From contig NIVC01000773.1 in the NCBI GenBank assembly GCA_002269645.1, positions 186,001 to 250,000 on the forward strand: 64,000 nucleotides of DNA, in the 5' to 3' direction. The stretch comes from Macrostomum lignano (taxonomy: Eukaryota). The notes under the pieces were generated by a model. It worked only from the letters and a program-made list of their open reading frames with translations. It was not told the DNA's origin and did no database searches. Position 1 is the first letter of the stretch. Each line of letters opens with the position of its first letter. The translations under genes and the position numbers were made by a program. Shown in pieces: positions 37,205 to 49,658 of this stretch.

Positions 37205-39555
37205 CAGGCACCCACCACCCACCCTGAAAAATCAAGCACCCACCCTGAAAAATCAAGCACCCACCCTGAAAAATCAAGCAACCACCCTGAAGAATCAGGC
37301 GCCCACCCTGAAGAATCAGGCGCCCACCCTGAAAAATCAAGCGCCCACCCTGAAAAATCAGGCGCCCACCCTGAAAAATCAAGCGCCCACCCTGAAGAAT
37401 CAGGCGCCCACCCTGAAAAATCAAGCGCCCACCCTGAAGAATCAGGCGCCCACCCTGAAAAATCAAGCGCCCACCCTGAAGAATCAGGCGCCCACCCTGA
37501 AGAATCAGGCGCCCACCCTGAAGAATCAGGCGCCCACCCTGAAGAATCAGGCGCCCACCCTGAAGAATCAGGCGCCCACCCTGAAAAATCAAGCGCCCAC
37601 CCTGAAGAATCAGGCGCCCACCCTAAAGAATCAGGCGCCCACCCTGAAGAATCAGGCGCCCACCCTAAAGAATCAGGCGCCCACCCTGAAAATTCAAGCG
37701 CCCGACTTGAAGAATCAGACACCCCACTCCCTGAAGAATCAGGTGCCCACCCTAAAGAATCAGGCGTCCACTCTGAAGAATCAGGCGTTCACCCTGAAGA
37801 ATCAGGCGTCCACTCTGAAGAATCAGGCGTTCACCCTGAAGAATCAGGCGTCCACTCTGAAGAATCAGGCGTCCACTCTGAAGAGTCAGGTGCTACCCTG
37901 AAGAATCAGGTGCTACCCTAAAGAATCAGGTGCCCACCCTGAAGAATCAGGCGTTCACCCTGAAGAATCAGGCGTCCACTCTGAAGAGTCAGGTGCTACC
38001 CTGAAGAATCAGGTGCTACCCTGAAGAATCACTCACCCCACTCCCTGAAGAATCATCCGCCACACTCCCTGAAGAATCAGGTGCCCCACTCCCTGAAGAA
38101 TCATCCGCCACACTCCCTGAAGAATCAGGTGCCCCACTCCCTGAAGAATCATCCGCCACACTCCCTGAAGAATCATCCGCCACACTCCCTGAAGAATCAT
38201 CCGCCACACTCCCTGAAGAATCATCCGCCACACTCCCTGAAGAATCACTCGCCTCACTCCCTGAAGAATCATCCGCCCGACTCCCTGAAGAATCATCCGC
38301 CACACTCCCTGAAGAATCATCCGCCACACTCCCTGAAGAATCATCCGCCCGACTCCCTGAAGAATCATCCGCCACACTCCCTGAAGAATCATCCGCCACA
38401 CTCCCTGAAGAATCACTCGCCACACTCCCTGAAGAATCACTCGCCTCACTCCCTGAAGAATCATCCGCCCGACTCCCTGAAGAATCATCCGCCCGACTCC
38501 CTGAAGAATCATCCGCCACACTCCCTGAAGAATCATCCGCCACACTCCCTGAAGAATCATCCGCCACACTCCCTGAAGAATCATCCGCCACACTCCCTGA
38601 AGAATCACTCGCCTCACTCCCTGAAGAATCATCCGCCCGACTCCCTGAAGAATCATCCGCCACACTCCCTGAAGAATCATCCGCCACACTCCCTGAAGAA
38701 TCATCCGCCACACTCCCTGAAGAATCATCCGCCACACTCCCTGAAGAATCATCCGCCACACTCCCTGAAGAATCATCCGCCACACTCCCTGAAGAATCAC
38801 TCGCCTCACTCCCTGAAGAATCATCCGCCCGACTCCCTGAAGAATCATCCGCCATACTCCCTGAAGAATCATCCGCCACACTCCCTGAAGAATCATCCGC
38901 CACACTCCCTGAAGAATCACTCGCCTCACTCCCTGAAGAATCATCCGCCCGACTCCCTGAAGAATCATCCGCCACACTCCCTGAAGAATCATCCGCCTCA
39001 CTCCCTGAAGAATCATCCGCCACACTCCCTGAAGAATCATCCGCCTCACTCCCTGAAGAATCATCCGCCTCACTCCCTGAAGAATCATCCGCCGCACTCC
39101 CTGAAGAATCATCCGCCACACTCCCTGAAGAATCATCCGCCACACTCCCTGAAGAATCATCCGCCACACTCCCTGAAGAATCATCCGCCACACTCCCTGA
39201 AGAATCATCCGCCACACTCCCTGAAGAATCATCCGCCACACTCCCTGAAGAATCATCCGCCACACTCCCTAAAGAATCAGACACTCCACTCTCTGAAGAA
39301 TCAGGCGCCAACCCCTGAAGAATCATCCGCCACACTCCCTGAAGAATCAGGCGCCACACTCCCTGAATAATCACTCGCCTCACTCCCTGAAGAATCACTC
39401 GCCTCACTCCCTGAAGAATCATCCGCCACACTCCATGAAGAAACATCCGCCACACTCCCTAAAGAATCATCCGCCACACTCCCTGAAGAAACATCCGCCA
39501 CACTCCCTAAAGAATCAGACACCCCACTCTCTGAAGAATCAGGCGCCAACCCCTG
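37205..39555. repeat. Compound minisatellite: 21-bp CCCTGAAGAATCAGGCGCCCA changing to 24-bp CACTCCCTGAAGAATCATCCGCCA
   Basis: Shared core CCCTGAAGAATCA; switch near 38030. Confidence 0.95.
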
Positions 39556-40319
39556 AGGACTCAGGGGTCCCACTCGCAGCACAATCAGCCTCAGAATAAA
39601 AAATGAAACAAGCGCTACAGTCACCAAAGCCGATCCTCCCTGAAAACTGGCTCCCAATTAAAACCCCAGCTGACTCAAACCCGCAGCTCAGGCCAGAAGG
39701 TCAAAGAGAATAAGTTAGCGATTTCCTAGAAGACTCAATCGGCTAAAGAAATTTGAGACATTTTAAAGTACTTGAGTTCAGTTGAAGTGTTCAGCCTAGA
39801 ATATCAGAGTAGGCCTCAGATCGAAGCCTGCAGCAGCTGTAGAAGAAGAATATTGGTTAGATATGCCAATAATGATGTGAATATGACAGAGTAGACTCTA
39901 GGGGGGGATTTCGGGGGGAGATTGCTGCGAGAAAAGCATTGCTTTGACTACAAAGCGAATCAGAGTTCCAGTAAAAAAACACCCCATCTATCTGGGACAA
40001 CTCCAGGATGAGCTGAACTCGGGAAACAATGCATCAGAGAGAATTAAATGCAGATGAAGAGACAGAGAGACTGTCTGCACGTTTTTTTCTCTCTGAACCA
40101 CGGCAGAGAGAAGAGCCTTCCTCTTTGGTTCAGAGACAGAACAATGGCTGCAATTGTTCCAGAATGAATTCTGTTCATTTTTTGTCATTGTAGTCGACCA
40201 GACAGACTGGCAACCCAAACCGTAAATTGATTGTTTCGAGTTCGTCTACTGCCGTGAGTAGTCGGTTGGGAAATATTAAAAATAAATTGTTTTAGTAAAT
40301 AGAATTGGAATAATAGATA

Positions 40320-40650
40320 AAAGATGACAAGACAAGGTGACAAGACGAATCAAATGTGACAAGATGAGAATCAAATGTGAAAACATGAGAATAAAAGGTG
40401 ACAATTATGAGAATCAAAGGGGACAATATGAGAACCAAAGGTGACAAATTGAGGATCAAAAGTACAAATGATCAAAAGTACAAATGATCAAAAGTACAAA
40501 TGATCAAAAGTACAAATGATCAAAAGTACAAATGATCAAAAGTACCAATGATCAAAAGTACCAATGATCAAAAGTACAAATGATCAAAAGTACCAATGAT
40601 CAAAAGTACCAATGATCAAAAGTACAAATGATCAAAAGTACAAATGATCA
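40320..40650. repeat. 16-bp minisatellite ATCAAAAGTACAAATG with degenerate left flank
   Basis: Near-perfect copies at 40455-40650. Confidence 0.9.
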
Positions 40651-40667
40651 AGCGCAGTTTCACTCAC

Positions 40668-41106
40668 CACCGTCAGAGGACAGCACAGCCTGGCCGCAGA
40701 CCTCAGGTCGGTGTGTCAGACACAGCGAGGCCCGGTACAGCAGTCGAGAGCTGACGTTGGGCAGTTCCGGCTTGTCGGAGGCCAGGCAGACGTGCACCGT
40801 CGACCAGCTGGAGCCGCCATCGTCGGAGGACTCGATCTTCAGGCAGTAGCCGCCCAGGGCTGCGATTCTCAGAGCGCCGTCCTCTTCGACTCGAACTCGG
40901 CCGGGCTTCGGCAGGGCCAGGTGCGCGGTTCGAACCTCCAGCGACTGGCTGGGAGGTCCTCGGCCCAGACTGTTGACAGCGTAGACATTCAATGAGTAGT
41001 TTGTGTTCGGCAGCAGGTCTGTGATGTTGCACCGAGTGTTCGCGTCCGATCGCTGCGATGAGTTCAGCACGACTCTGCTGGGGTCCTGCCGGTCTCTCTG
41101 GCGGAT
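40668..41106 (-). CDS. ed: Echinoid-like exon, FN3 C-half and Cys-containing second FN3-like domain
   Basis: ctttgcag|ATC; NITDLLPNTNYSLNVYAVNSLGRG...YCLKIES...W..VHVCL...YRASLCLTHRPEVCG; donor G|gtgagt; 439 nt, phase 0/1. Confidence 0.92.
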
Positions 41107-41235
41107 CTGCAAAGAGGTTTAGCATTTATCAGTTTATTGAAGCAGTCTGAAGTTATTTGAAGCCTTTTAACCATAAGTTGGGAAATAATTTGAAATTTGA
41201 GACTTTTGTACTTGTCACTCGCTTCCTCCTTTGTC

Positions 41236-41468
41236 TATTTTCTTTGAGGTCATGTTCGGCTGTTCACTCCAAGGACTGGGGGGTCGCCACAAACACCCTC
41301 AATTACCCCAGCTAATGCTGGCACCCATTTTACAGCTGGGTGAACTGAAGCAATGCAGAGTTGAGCGTATTGCTCAAGGACACAAATTGTGTCCGAGTGG
41401 GATCGGGAATCGAAACCCCGACCTTTCAGTCGTGAGTCTGATGCTCCAACCACTTAGCTACAACCCCC
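41236..41468 (-). mobile_element. tRNA-derived SINE with CORE-like central domain
   Basis: Minus strand: GGGGGTTG-TAGCTAAGTGG (A box)...GTTTCGATTCC (B box), then TGTGTCCTTGAGCAATACGCTCAAC...TGCTTCAGTTCACCCAGCTGTAAAATGGG, which resembles the MIR/CORE consensus (TGTGACCTTGGGCAAG...GCCTCAGTTTCCTCATCTGTAAAATGGG). The 3' boundary is approximate. Confidence 0.75.
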
Positions 41469-41507
41469 TATCTGACTCCAAACCCTGACCCCAGCCTCTC
41501 AGCCTAC

Positions 41508-41920
41508 CTGAACCCAGTACTGCAGGCCTCTTCGCACGTCCTCGCCGGACACCCCGGCGAACCCGGGTCGCCAGGCCAGCGCCAGGTGGTCCCAGCCGGC
41601 CGGTTTCGCAAGCCGGACATCCGTTGGAGCCTCCGGCACGGTGGGCTGCACCAGTCGGAATGTGTGCTCAGCAGCGCCCAGGCGGTTCTCAGCCCGGCAG
41701 GAGTACCGGCCGGTCTGCTTGAGCGACTCCAGCCGGCTCACGGACCCATAGGGCACGGCCGGGTCGGCGGTCTGGTTGCCGCCGGCCACCGGGGCTCCGT
41801 CCAGCAGCCAGATTATGGCCGGTGTGGGCTGTCCGATGGCCGGGCAGCTCAGGCTGACGGAGCCGCCGCCGCCGAGGGGTAGCGCGATCGTTGACTCTGC
41901 GGCCTCGATCTGCGGCTTGA
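41508..41920 (-). CDS. ed: Echinoid-like exon, Ig7 and FN3 N-half
   Basis: ccgctgcag|TC; KPQI...[17 protein letters not shown]...[13 protein letters not shown]...PEAPTDV...LAWRPGFAG...QYWVQ|gtaggc; 413 nt, phase 1/0. Confidence 0.92.
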
Positions 41921-41934
41921 CTGCAGCGGGTTGG

Positions 41935-42590
41935 CGGGTGAGGCGGCGGGTGAGGTGGCGGGTGAGGTGGCGGGTGAGGTGGCGGGTGAGGTGGCGGGTG
42001 AGGTGGCGGGTGAGGTGGCGGGTGAGGTGGCGGGTGAGGTGGCGGGTGAGGTGGCGGGTGAGGTGGCGGGTGAGGTGGCGGGTGAGGTGGCGGGTGAGGT
42101 GGCGGGTGAGGTGGCGGGTGAGGTGGCGGGTGAGGTGGCGGGTGAGGTGGCGGGTGAGGTGGCGGGTGAGGTGGCGGGTGAGGTGGCGGGTGAGGTGGCG
42201 GGTGAGGTGGCGGGTGAGGTGGCGGGTGAGGTGGCGGGTGAGGTGGCGGGTGAGGTGGCGGGTGAGGTGGCGGGTGAGGTGGCGGGTGAGGTGGCGGGTG
42301 AGGTGGCGGGTGAGGTGGCGGGTGAGGTGGCGGGTGAGGTGGCGGGTGAGGTGGCGGGTGAGGTGGCGGGTGAGGTGGCGGTGAGGTGGCGGTGAGGTGG
42401 CGGGTGAGGTGGCGGGTGAGGTGGCGGGTGAGGTGGCGGGTGAGGTGGTGGTTGAGGTGGCGGTGAGGTGGAGGTTGAGGTGGAGGTTGAGGTGGAGGTT
42501 GAGGCGGCGGGTGAGGCAGCGGATGAAGCGGCGGGTGAGGCGGCGGGTGAGGCAGCGGATGAAGCGGCGGGTGAGGCGGCGGGTGAGGTT
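41935..42590. repeat. 12-bp minisatellite GGTGAGGTGGCG
   Basis: Direct reading; fills the intron 41921-42654. Confidence 0.95.
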
Positions 42591-42654
42591 AGAACAGTAG
42601 AGACATTATCCTAGTTAATTTTTCAGAAATTCTTCAAAGATTCCAAGCACTCAC

Positions 42655-42794
42655 ACTCAACGTTGAGCTCCTGAGTCGACTGCACCTTGCCGTGGGTATT
42701 TTTAGCCTCGCACAGGTAGCGGCCGTTGTCCTCGGGTCGCAGACGGCTGGTCCGCTTGGCGCCTTGGAACACAAGGCTGCTCTTGGTGCGGTAG
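42655..42794 (-). CDS. ed: Echinoid-like exon, Ig6 C-half (not in the ORF track in the correct frame)
   Basis: cactgcag|C; YRTKSSLVF...RPEDNGRYLCEAKNTHGKVQSTQELNVE T|gtgagt; 140 nt, phase 2/1. Confidence 0.92.
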
Positions 42795-42861
42795 CTGCAG
42801 TGGTGGTTGCAATGGATTCATCTATTGCAATTTTTATTATTAGTTTGAAATCCCGCTCAAC

Positions 42862-43915
42862 TGATCCCATCCCATCTAATCCCATCCCAGCTGATCCCAT
42901 CCCAGCTGATCCCATCCCAGCTGATCCCATCCCAGCTGATCCCATCCCATCTGATCCCATCCCAGCTGATCCCATACCATCTGATCCCATACCATCTGAT
43001 CCCATCCCAGCTGATCCCATCCCATCTGATCCCATCCCAGCTGATCCCATCCCATCTGATCCCATCCCAGTTGATCCCATCCCAGCTGATCCCATCCCAT
43101 CTGATCCCATCCCAGCTGATCCCAACCCATTTTATCCCATCCCAAGTAATCCCATCTCATCTGATCTAATCCCATTTATCCCATCCCCGCTGATCCCAAC
43201 CAAACTGATCCCATCCAAACTGATCCTATCCAAACTGATCCCATTCAAACTGATCCCATCCCAGCTGATCCCAACCAAACTGATCCCATCCAAACTGATC
43301 CCATCCAAACTGATCCCATCCAAACTGATCCCATTCAAACTGATCCCATCACAGCTGATCCCATCCCAGCTGATCCCATCCCATCTGATCCCATCCCATC
43401 TCATCTGATCCCATCTCATCTGATCCCATCCCATCTGATCCCATCCCATCTGATCCCATCCCAGCTGATCCCATCCCAGCTGATCCCATCCCATCTGATC
43501 CCATCCCATCTGATCCCATCACAGCTGATTCCATCCCAGCTGATCCCATCCCATCTGATCCCATCCCATCTCATCTGATCCCATCTCATCTGATCCCATC
43601 CCATCTGATCCCATCCCATCTGATCCCATCCCAGCTGATCCCATCCCATCTGATCCCATTCCATCTGATCCCAACCCAGCTGATCCCATCCAATCAAATC
43701 CCATCCCAGCAGATCCCATCCCAGCTGATCCCATCCCATCTGATCCCAACCCATTTTATCCCATCCCAAGTAATCCCATCTCATCTGATCTAATCCCATT
43801 TATCCCATCCCCGCTGATCCCAACCAAACTGATCCCATCCAAACTGATCCCATTCAAACTGATCCCATCCAAACTGATCCCATCCCATCTGATCCTATCT
43901 CAGCTAATCCCAACC
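42862..43915. repeat. 15-bp CTGATCCCATCCCA(G/T) / CCCAT-derived array
   Basis: Direct reading; a block at ~43120-43230 is duplicated at ~43745-43855. Confidence 0.93.
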
Positions 43916-43932
43916 CAGCTAGTCTCACTCAC

Positions 43933-44323
43933 TAGGAGGACTCAACAAAGGCGGTCTCATTCTTCACAGAGTAGAGCTCCTGATCCACAACTTGGCCATC
44001 CTTGTACCAGAAAATGTCAGCCCTCGGTTTTGCAATGGCGGTGCAGGTGATGCTGAACTCGACCGCTTCATCAGCCGAAGCTGTTCTCAGCTGCTCAGTC
44101 AGTCTCGTCCTTGGCTGAGTCTCCAGCCATTCCGGCGGCTGCTCAACCTCCAGCTTCAGGCTGCCCGAAGGTCCTCGGCCGGCTGAGTTGACCGGGGTGC
44201 ATGAGTACACCCCGGCATCGCGCAGGGTCACCCAGGACAGGGTCAGGCTGGGCCCCAGTCTGGGGTAGCCGATTGAAGTGCCCGAAGCTGATCGAGTCCA
44301 CTCGAATGTTGGCGATGGGATGC
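43933..44323 (-). CDS. ed: Echinoid-like exon, Ig5 and Ig6 N-half
   Basis: ctccgcag|GC; IPSPTFEW...DAGVYSCTPVNSAG...FSITCTAIAKPRADIFWYKDG; donor TA|gtgagt; 391 nt, phase 1/2. Confidence 0.92.
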
Positions 44324-44394
44324 CTGCGGAGTTGGCGGGATAAGATTTTGTCTTGACATTTTCTTTCTGTCTCATCTTATCTTAACTGATTTCA

Positions 44395-44810
44395 TCGCAT
44401 CTCATCTCATCTCAGCTCATTTGATTTGATCCGATCTCATCCCACCTGATCTCATCCCATCTGATCTCATCCCATCTGATCTGATCTGATCTTATCACAT
44501 CAAATCCCATCTCACCCCACCCCATCTCATTTCCTCTCCGATCATTTCATCCCATCTCGCCCCATCTCATCTCATTTGCTCTCAGAGAATTTCATCCCAT
44601 CTCGCCACATCTCATCTCATTTACTCTCAGAGCATTTCATCCCATCTCACCACATCCCATCTCATTTCCTCTCAGAGAATTTCATCCCATCTCACTCCAT
44701 CCCATCTCATTTCCTCTCAGATCATTTCATGCCATCTCATCCCATCTCATCTCATTTACTCTCAGAGCATTTCATCCCATCTTGCCCCATTTTATCTCAC
44801 GCCACTCCAT
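44395..44810. repeat. Degenerate CCCAT/CTCAT array
   Basis: Direct reading. Confidence 0.85.
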
Positions 44811-44939
44811 CGTATCAGCTGCAATCGATCTAAAAATTTTCCTCATAGTTTTCAACATTGTAACAATTTTTTCTACTTAAAAACTCGCAATGCCGCTATC
44901 AGTAATATAACTAGGACATGAAGCCTAACATTCACTCAC

Positions 44940-45446
44940 CGGGACTAGCTGTGTTGGCCAGGCACACAAGCGACACGTTGTCGCCCCTTAGCACTCGCCG
45001 GTTGCCAATGGTAACCGTGGGCTGCCCTGGCGCGTACTCCACAATGACCACTGTGTCCGCCGAGCCGCTCATCTCCATGGCAACGCTGTTGTTGGGTAGC
45101 AACCGGTTGACGGCTTTGCAGCGCCACGTGCCGGCATCTGACTGAGCCGTCGACTCGATGACCAGCTTGGCCGAGTTGCCGACGGCGGCGCTGCCCTCAC
45201 CGCCGACTCGGCGCCACGTGACCGAGCTAGGTCTCGGGTTCGAATCCACTAGGCAGTCCAGCTCGAGATGGGAGCCCTCGCGGACGGTCACCGAGCCGGG
45301 GCATGACACGGCCGGTCCGTATTGGACGTCGACAGCAAACGGGAGCTCAGACTGGCCCTGGGAGTTCCGGGCGGAGCATCTGTACACCCCGGACACCGAC
45401 TTGCTGCTGGCGGACAGGCTGTGCGTCAGGGAGCTGGGCGAGGGGC
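44940..45446 (-). CDS. ed: Echinoid-like exon, Ig3 C-half, Ig4 and start of Ig5
   Basis: cccgcag|GC; SGVYRCSARN...QYGP...LELDCLVDSNPRPSSVTW...DAGTWRCKAVN...EYAPGQP...VSLVCLAN; donor G|gtgagt; 507 nt, phase 1/1. Confidence 0.92.
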
Positions 45447-45480
45447 CTGCGGGCCGGATGGCGGAATGCTGCCGATTGCT

Positions 45481-46050
45481 CATCCCACCCCATCCAATCC
45501 CATCCCACCCCATCCCATCCCATCCCATCCCATCCCATCCCATCCCATCCCATCCCATCCCATCCCATCCCATCCCATCCCATCCCATCCCATCCCACCC
45601 CACCCCATCCCACCCCATCCCATCCCACCCCATCCCATCCCACCCCATCCCATCCCATCCCATCCCATCCCATCCCATCCCATCCCACCCCATCCCACCC
45701 CATCCCATCCCACCCCATCCCATCCCATCCCATCGCATCCCATCCCATCCCATCCCATCCCATCCCATCCCATCCCATCCCATCCCATCCCGTCTCATCC
45801 CGTCCCGTCAAGTCCCATCCCATCCCATCCCGTCCCATCCCATTCAATTCCATCCCGATCCCATCCCATCCCATCCCATCCCATCCCATCCAATCCCATC
45901 CAATCCCATCCCATCCCATCCCATCTCATTTCATCCCATCTCATCTCATCCCATCCTATCCCATCCCATCCCATCCCATCCCATCCCATCCCATCCCATC
46001 CCGTCTCATCCCGTCCCGTCAAGTCCCATCCCATCCCTTCCTATCCCATA
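45481..46050. repeat. (CCCAT)n pentanucleotide array
   Basis: Direct reading; fills the intron 45447-46092. Confidence 0.95.
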
Positions 46051-46092
46051 TTATTCCATTCTACTCAATCTCATAATACCATCCGCACTCAC

Positions 46093-46221
46093 CAGCCAGA
46101 GTCTCCGATCCGCTGCTCAGTTGCACCTGTGGCTCTGGGTTTCCCCGAGCAGAGCAGGTCAACTGGACTCGTGAGCTGAGCACCACGGACACCGAACCAG
46201 TTGGAGACAGCACAGGCTTGT
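46093..46221 (-). CDS. ed: Echinoid-like exon, Ig3 N-half
   Basis: ttctgcag|AC; YKPVLSP...VQLTCSARGNPEPQV...LA G|gtgagt; 129 nt, phase 1/1. Confidence 0.9.
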
Positions 46222-46249
46222 CTGCAGAATTTTGAATTAAGGTTAGGGA

Positions 46250-46875
46250 TGAAGGTAAAAAATTAGGGTCAATGTCGAAGGTCACGGTTGAAGGTCAAGG
46301 ATGAAGGTCCAAGGACTACTCAAGTTACTTAGGACTACTTAAGTTGTCTTTGTGAAGGATGATAAAGGTCAAGGATGAACGTCAAGATAAAGGTCAAGGA
46401 TAAAGGTCAAGGATGAACGTCAAGATAAAGGTCAAGGGTGAAGGTCAAGGATGAAGGTCAGGGATGAAGGTCAGGGATGAAGGTCAAGGGTGAAGGTCAA
46501 GGATGAAGGTCAGGGATGAAGGTCAGGGATGAAGGTCAAGGGTGAAGGTCAAGGATGAAGGTCAGGGATGAAGGTCAAGGGTGAAGGTCAAGGATGAAGG
46601 TCAGGGATGAAGGTCAGGGATGAAGGTCAAGGATGAAGGTCAGGGATGAAGGTCAGGGATGAAGGTCAAGGGTAAAGGTCAAGAATGAAGGTCAAGGATG
46701 AAGGTCAGGGATGAAGGTCAGGGATGAAGGTCAAGGGTGAAGGTCAAGGATGAAGGTCCAAGGACTACTCAAGTTACTTAGGACTACTTAAGTTGTCCTT
46801 GTGAAGGTCAGGGATGAAGGTCAGGGATGAAGGTCAAGGGTAAAGGTCAAGAATGAAGGTCAAGGATGAAGGTCA
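46250..46875. repeat. 13-bp minisatellite GGATGAAGGTCA(A/G)
   Basis: Direct reading; a ~45-bp interruption (ggactactcaagttacttagg...) occurs twice, ~450 bp apart. Confidence 0.93.
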
Positions 46876-46926
46876 AACTTTAAGGAAGATAGTCAAGCCA
46901 AAGGACTCAAGCAATCTGCAACTCAC

Positions 46927-47232
46927 ACAGCACTGCAAGCTGAGCAGGTGCGCTGCTGATGTTGCTAAGCGGATGCTGAGCCTGGCAAACAATTCTGGCT
47001 CCGTCATCTTGCGCTCGAGCTGGCAGCGTCAGCCGACTCTCCGTCCTGTCGAATCCGACCGAGGCAATCACTTGAATAGCGCCGCCATTCTCTAGTGGAG
47101 TGGCGCCGTTGGCATAGGTCCAGATCAGGGTGGCGGGCGGGTTGGCGCCGCGGCTGGCGCACGTCAGCTCCAGCTGTTCGCCCTCGGGCGCGCGAAGCGA
47201 TGGCGCCGAGATCTCCGGCTGGCCGGGCGGCA
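46927..47232 (-). CDS. ed: Echinoid-like exon, Ig2 (C2-set)
   Basis: ccatgcag|TG; PPGQPEI...LELTCASRGANPPATLIW...DDGARIVCQAQHP...LAVL T|gtgagt; 306 nt, phase 1/1. Confidence 0.92.
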
Positions 47233-47602
47233 CTGCATGGTTTTTGCGCGTTTTTTTTGCATTTTCATAAAAAATACGACAATAATCTTATTTTTCTGCT
47301 GTAAGTAGAGTGGTTCAGACTTTTTCATTGATTCCAGAAACATGTCTAGTTTACATTTACTTAGCTAATGGAATGAATGCATGAGCGTTCTAAAGTGTCA
47401 GGAATTGGCTTATGGTGATGATTTTTTTCTGCAACTTGAGCTGCTTTCTCAACACTAAGGTACGAGTGTGGATTTCTGTAAAATGCGTAGAGAAATTACT
47501 TCTGATTTCGATCATTTTTTATCGATTCCTGAATACCCTGTTTCATTTTGTTCGGGTAGACAGGGAATAACTCGCTGCTTTACAGAGGAACAGAGGTTGA
47601 AA

Positions 47603-49658
47603 GACATGGGAGTGGAAATTGATAGACGTGGGAATGGAGATTGATAGACGTGGGAATGCAGATTGATAGACGTGGGAATGGAGATTGATAGACGTAGGAA
47701 TGGAGATTGATAGAAGTGGGAATGGAGGTTCACAGACATGGGAATGGAGATTGCTAGACATGGGAATGGAGATTGATAGACGTGGGAATGGAGATTGATA
47801 GACGTGGGAATGGAGATTGATAAACGTGGGAATGCAGATTGATAGACGTGGGAATAGTGATTGATAGACGTGGGAATGGAGATTGATAGACGTGGGAATG
47901 GAGATTGATAGAAGTGGGAATGGAGGTTCACAGACATGGGAAAGGAGATTGCTAGACATGGGAATGGAGATTGATAGACGTGGGAATGGAGATTGATAGA
48001 CGTGGGAATGCAGATTGATAGACGTGGGAATGGAGATTGATAGACGTGGGAATGGAGATTGATAGAAGTGGGAATGGAGGTTCACAGACATGGGAATGGA
48101 GATTGCTAGACATGGGAATGGAGTTTCACAGACATGGGAATGGAGGTTCACAGACATGGGAATGGAGATTGCTAGACATGGGAATGGAGATTGATAGACG
48201 TGGGAATGCAGATTGATAGACGTGGGAATGGAGATTGATAGACGTGGGAATGGAGATTGATAGACGTGGGAATGCAGATTGATAGACGTGGGAATAGTGA
48301 TTGATAGACGTGGGAATGAAGATTGATAGACGTGGGAATGCAGATTGATAGACGTGGGAATGGAGATTGATAGACGTGGGAATGAAGATTGATAGAGGTG
48401 GGAATGGAGATTGATAGAAGTGGGAATGGAGGTTCACAGACATGGGAATGGAGATTGCTAGACATGGGAATGGAGATTGATAGACGTGGGAATGCAGATT
48501 GATAGACGTGGGAATGCAGATTGATAGACGTGGGAATAGTGATTGATAGACGTGGGAATGCAGATTGATAGACGTGGGAATAGTGATTGATAGACGTGGG
48601 AATAGTGATTGATAGACGTGGGAATGGAGGTTCACAGACATGGGAATGGAGATTGATAGACGTGGGAATGGAGATTGCTAGACATGGGAATGGAGATTGA
48701 TAGACGTGGGAATGGAGGTTGATAGACGTGGGAATGGAGATTGATAGACGTGGGAATGGAGATTGATAGACGTGGGAATGGAGATTGATAGACGTGGGAA
48801 TGGAGATTGATAGACGTGGGAATGGAGATTGATAGACGTGGGAATGGAGATTGATAGACGTGGGAATGCAGATTGATAGACGTGGGAATGGAGATTGATA
48901 GACGTGGGAATGCAGATTGATAGACGTGGGAATGCAGATTGATAGACGTGGGAATGCAGATTGATAGACGTGGGAATGGAGATTGATAGACGTGGGAATG
49001 CAGATTGATAGACGTGGGAATGCAGATTGATAGACGTGGGAATGCAGATTGATAGACGTGGGAATGGAGATTGATAGACGTGGGAATGCAGATTGATAGA
49101 CGTGGGAATGCAGATTGATAGACGTGGGAATGCAGATTGATAGACGTGGGAATGGAGATTGATAGACGTGGGAATGCAGATTGATAGACGTGGGAATGCA
49201 GATTGATAGACGTGGGAATGCAGATTGATAGACGTGGGAATGCAGATTGATAGACGTGGGAATGGAGATTGATAGACGTGGGAATGCAGATTGATAGACG
49301 TGGGAATGGAGATTGATAGACGTGGGAATGGAGATTGATAGACGTGGGAATAGAGATTGATAGACGTGGGAATGCAGATTGATAGACGTGGGAATGCAGA
49401 TTGATAGACGTGGGAATGGAGATTGATAGACGTGGGAATGCAGATTGATAGACGTGGGAATGCAGATTGATAGACGTGGGAATGGAGATTGATAGACGTG
49501 GGAATGCAGATTGATAGACGTGGGAATGCAGATTGATAGACGTGGGAATGCAGATTGATAGACGTGGGAATGCAGATTGATAGACGTGGGAATGCAGATT
49601 GATAGACGTGGGAATGCAGATTGATAGACGTGGGAATGCAGATTGATAGACGTGGGAA
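47603..49658. repeat. 22-bp minisatellite GATTGATAGACGTGGGAATG(G/C)A
   Basis: Direct reading. Confidence 0.95.

Noticed and set aside
37175-39455. Ser/Asp-rich (SSGSVADD)n and (HPEESGA)n ORFs resembling biomineral or adhesive proteins
   Set aside because: The 21/24-bp repeats are open in multiple frames on both strands, with no splice or signal context.
40655-40668. Secreted Echinoid isoform by read-through of the donor (GGE-stop)
   Set aside because: An in-frame stop after a GTGAGT donor is common, and I saw no nearby sense-strand AATAAA.
41395-41468. Possible tRNA-Val gene
   Set aside because: The anticodon and acceptor stems are broken and the sequence runs into a CORE-like body, so it is a SINE head.
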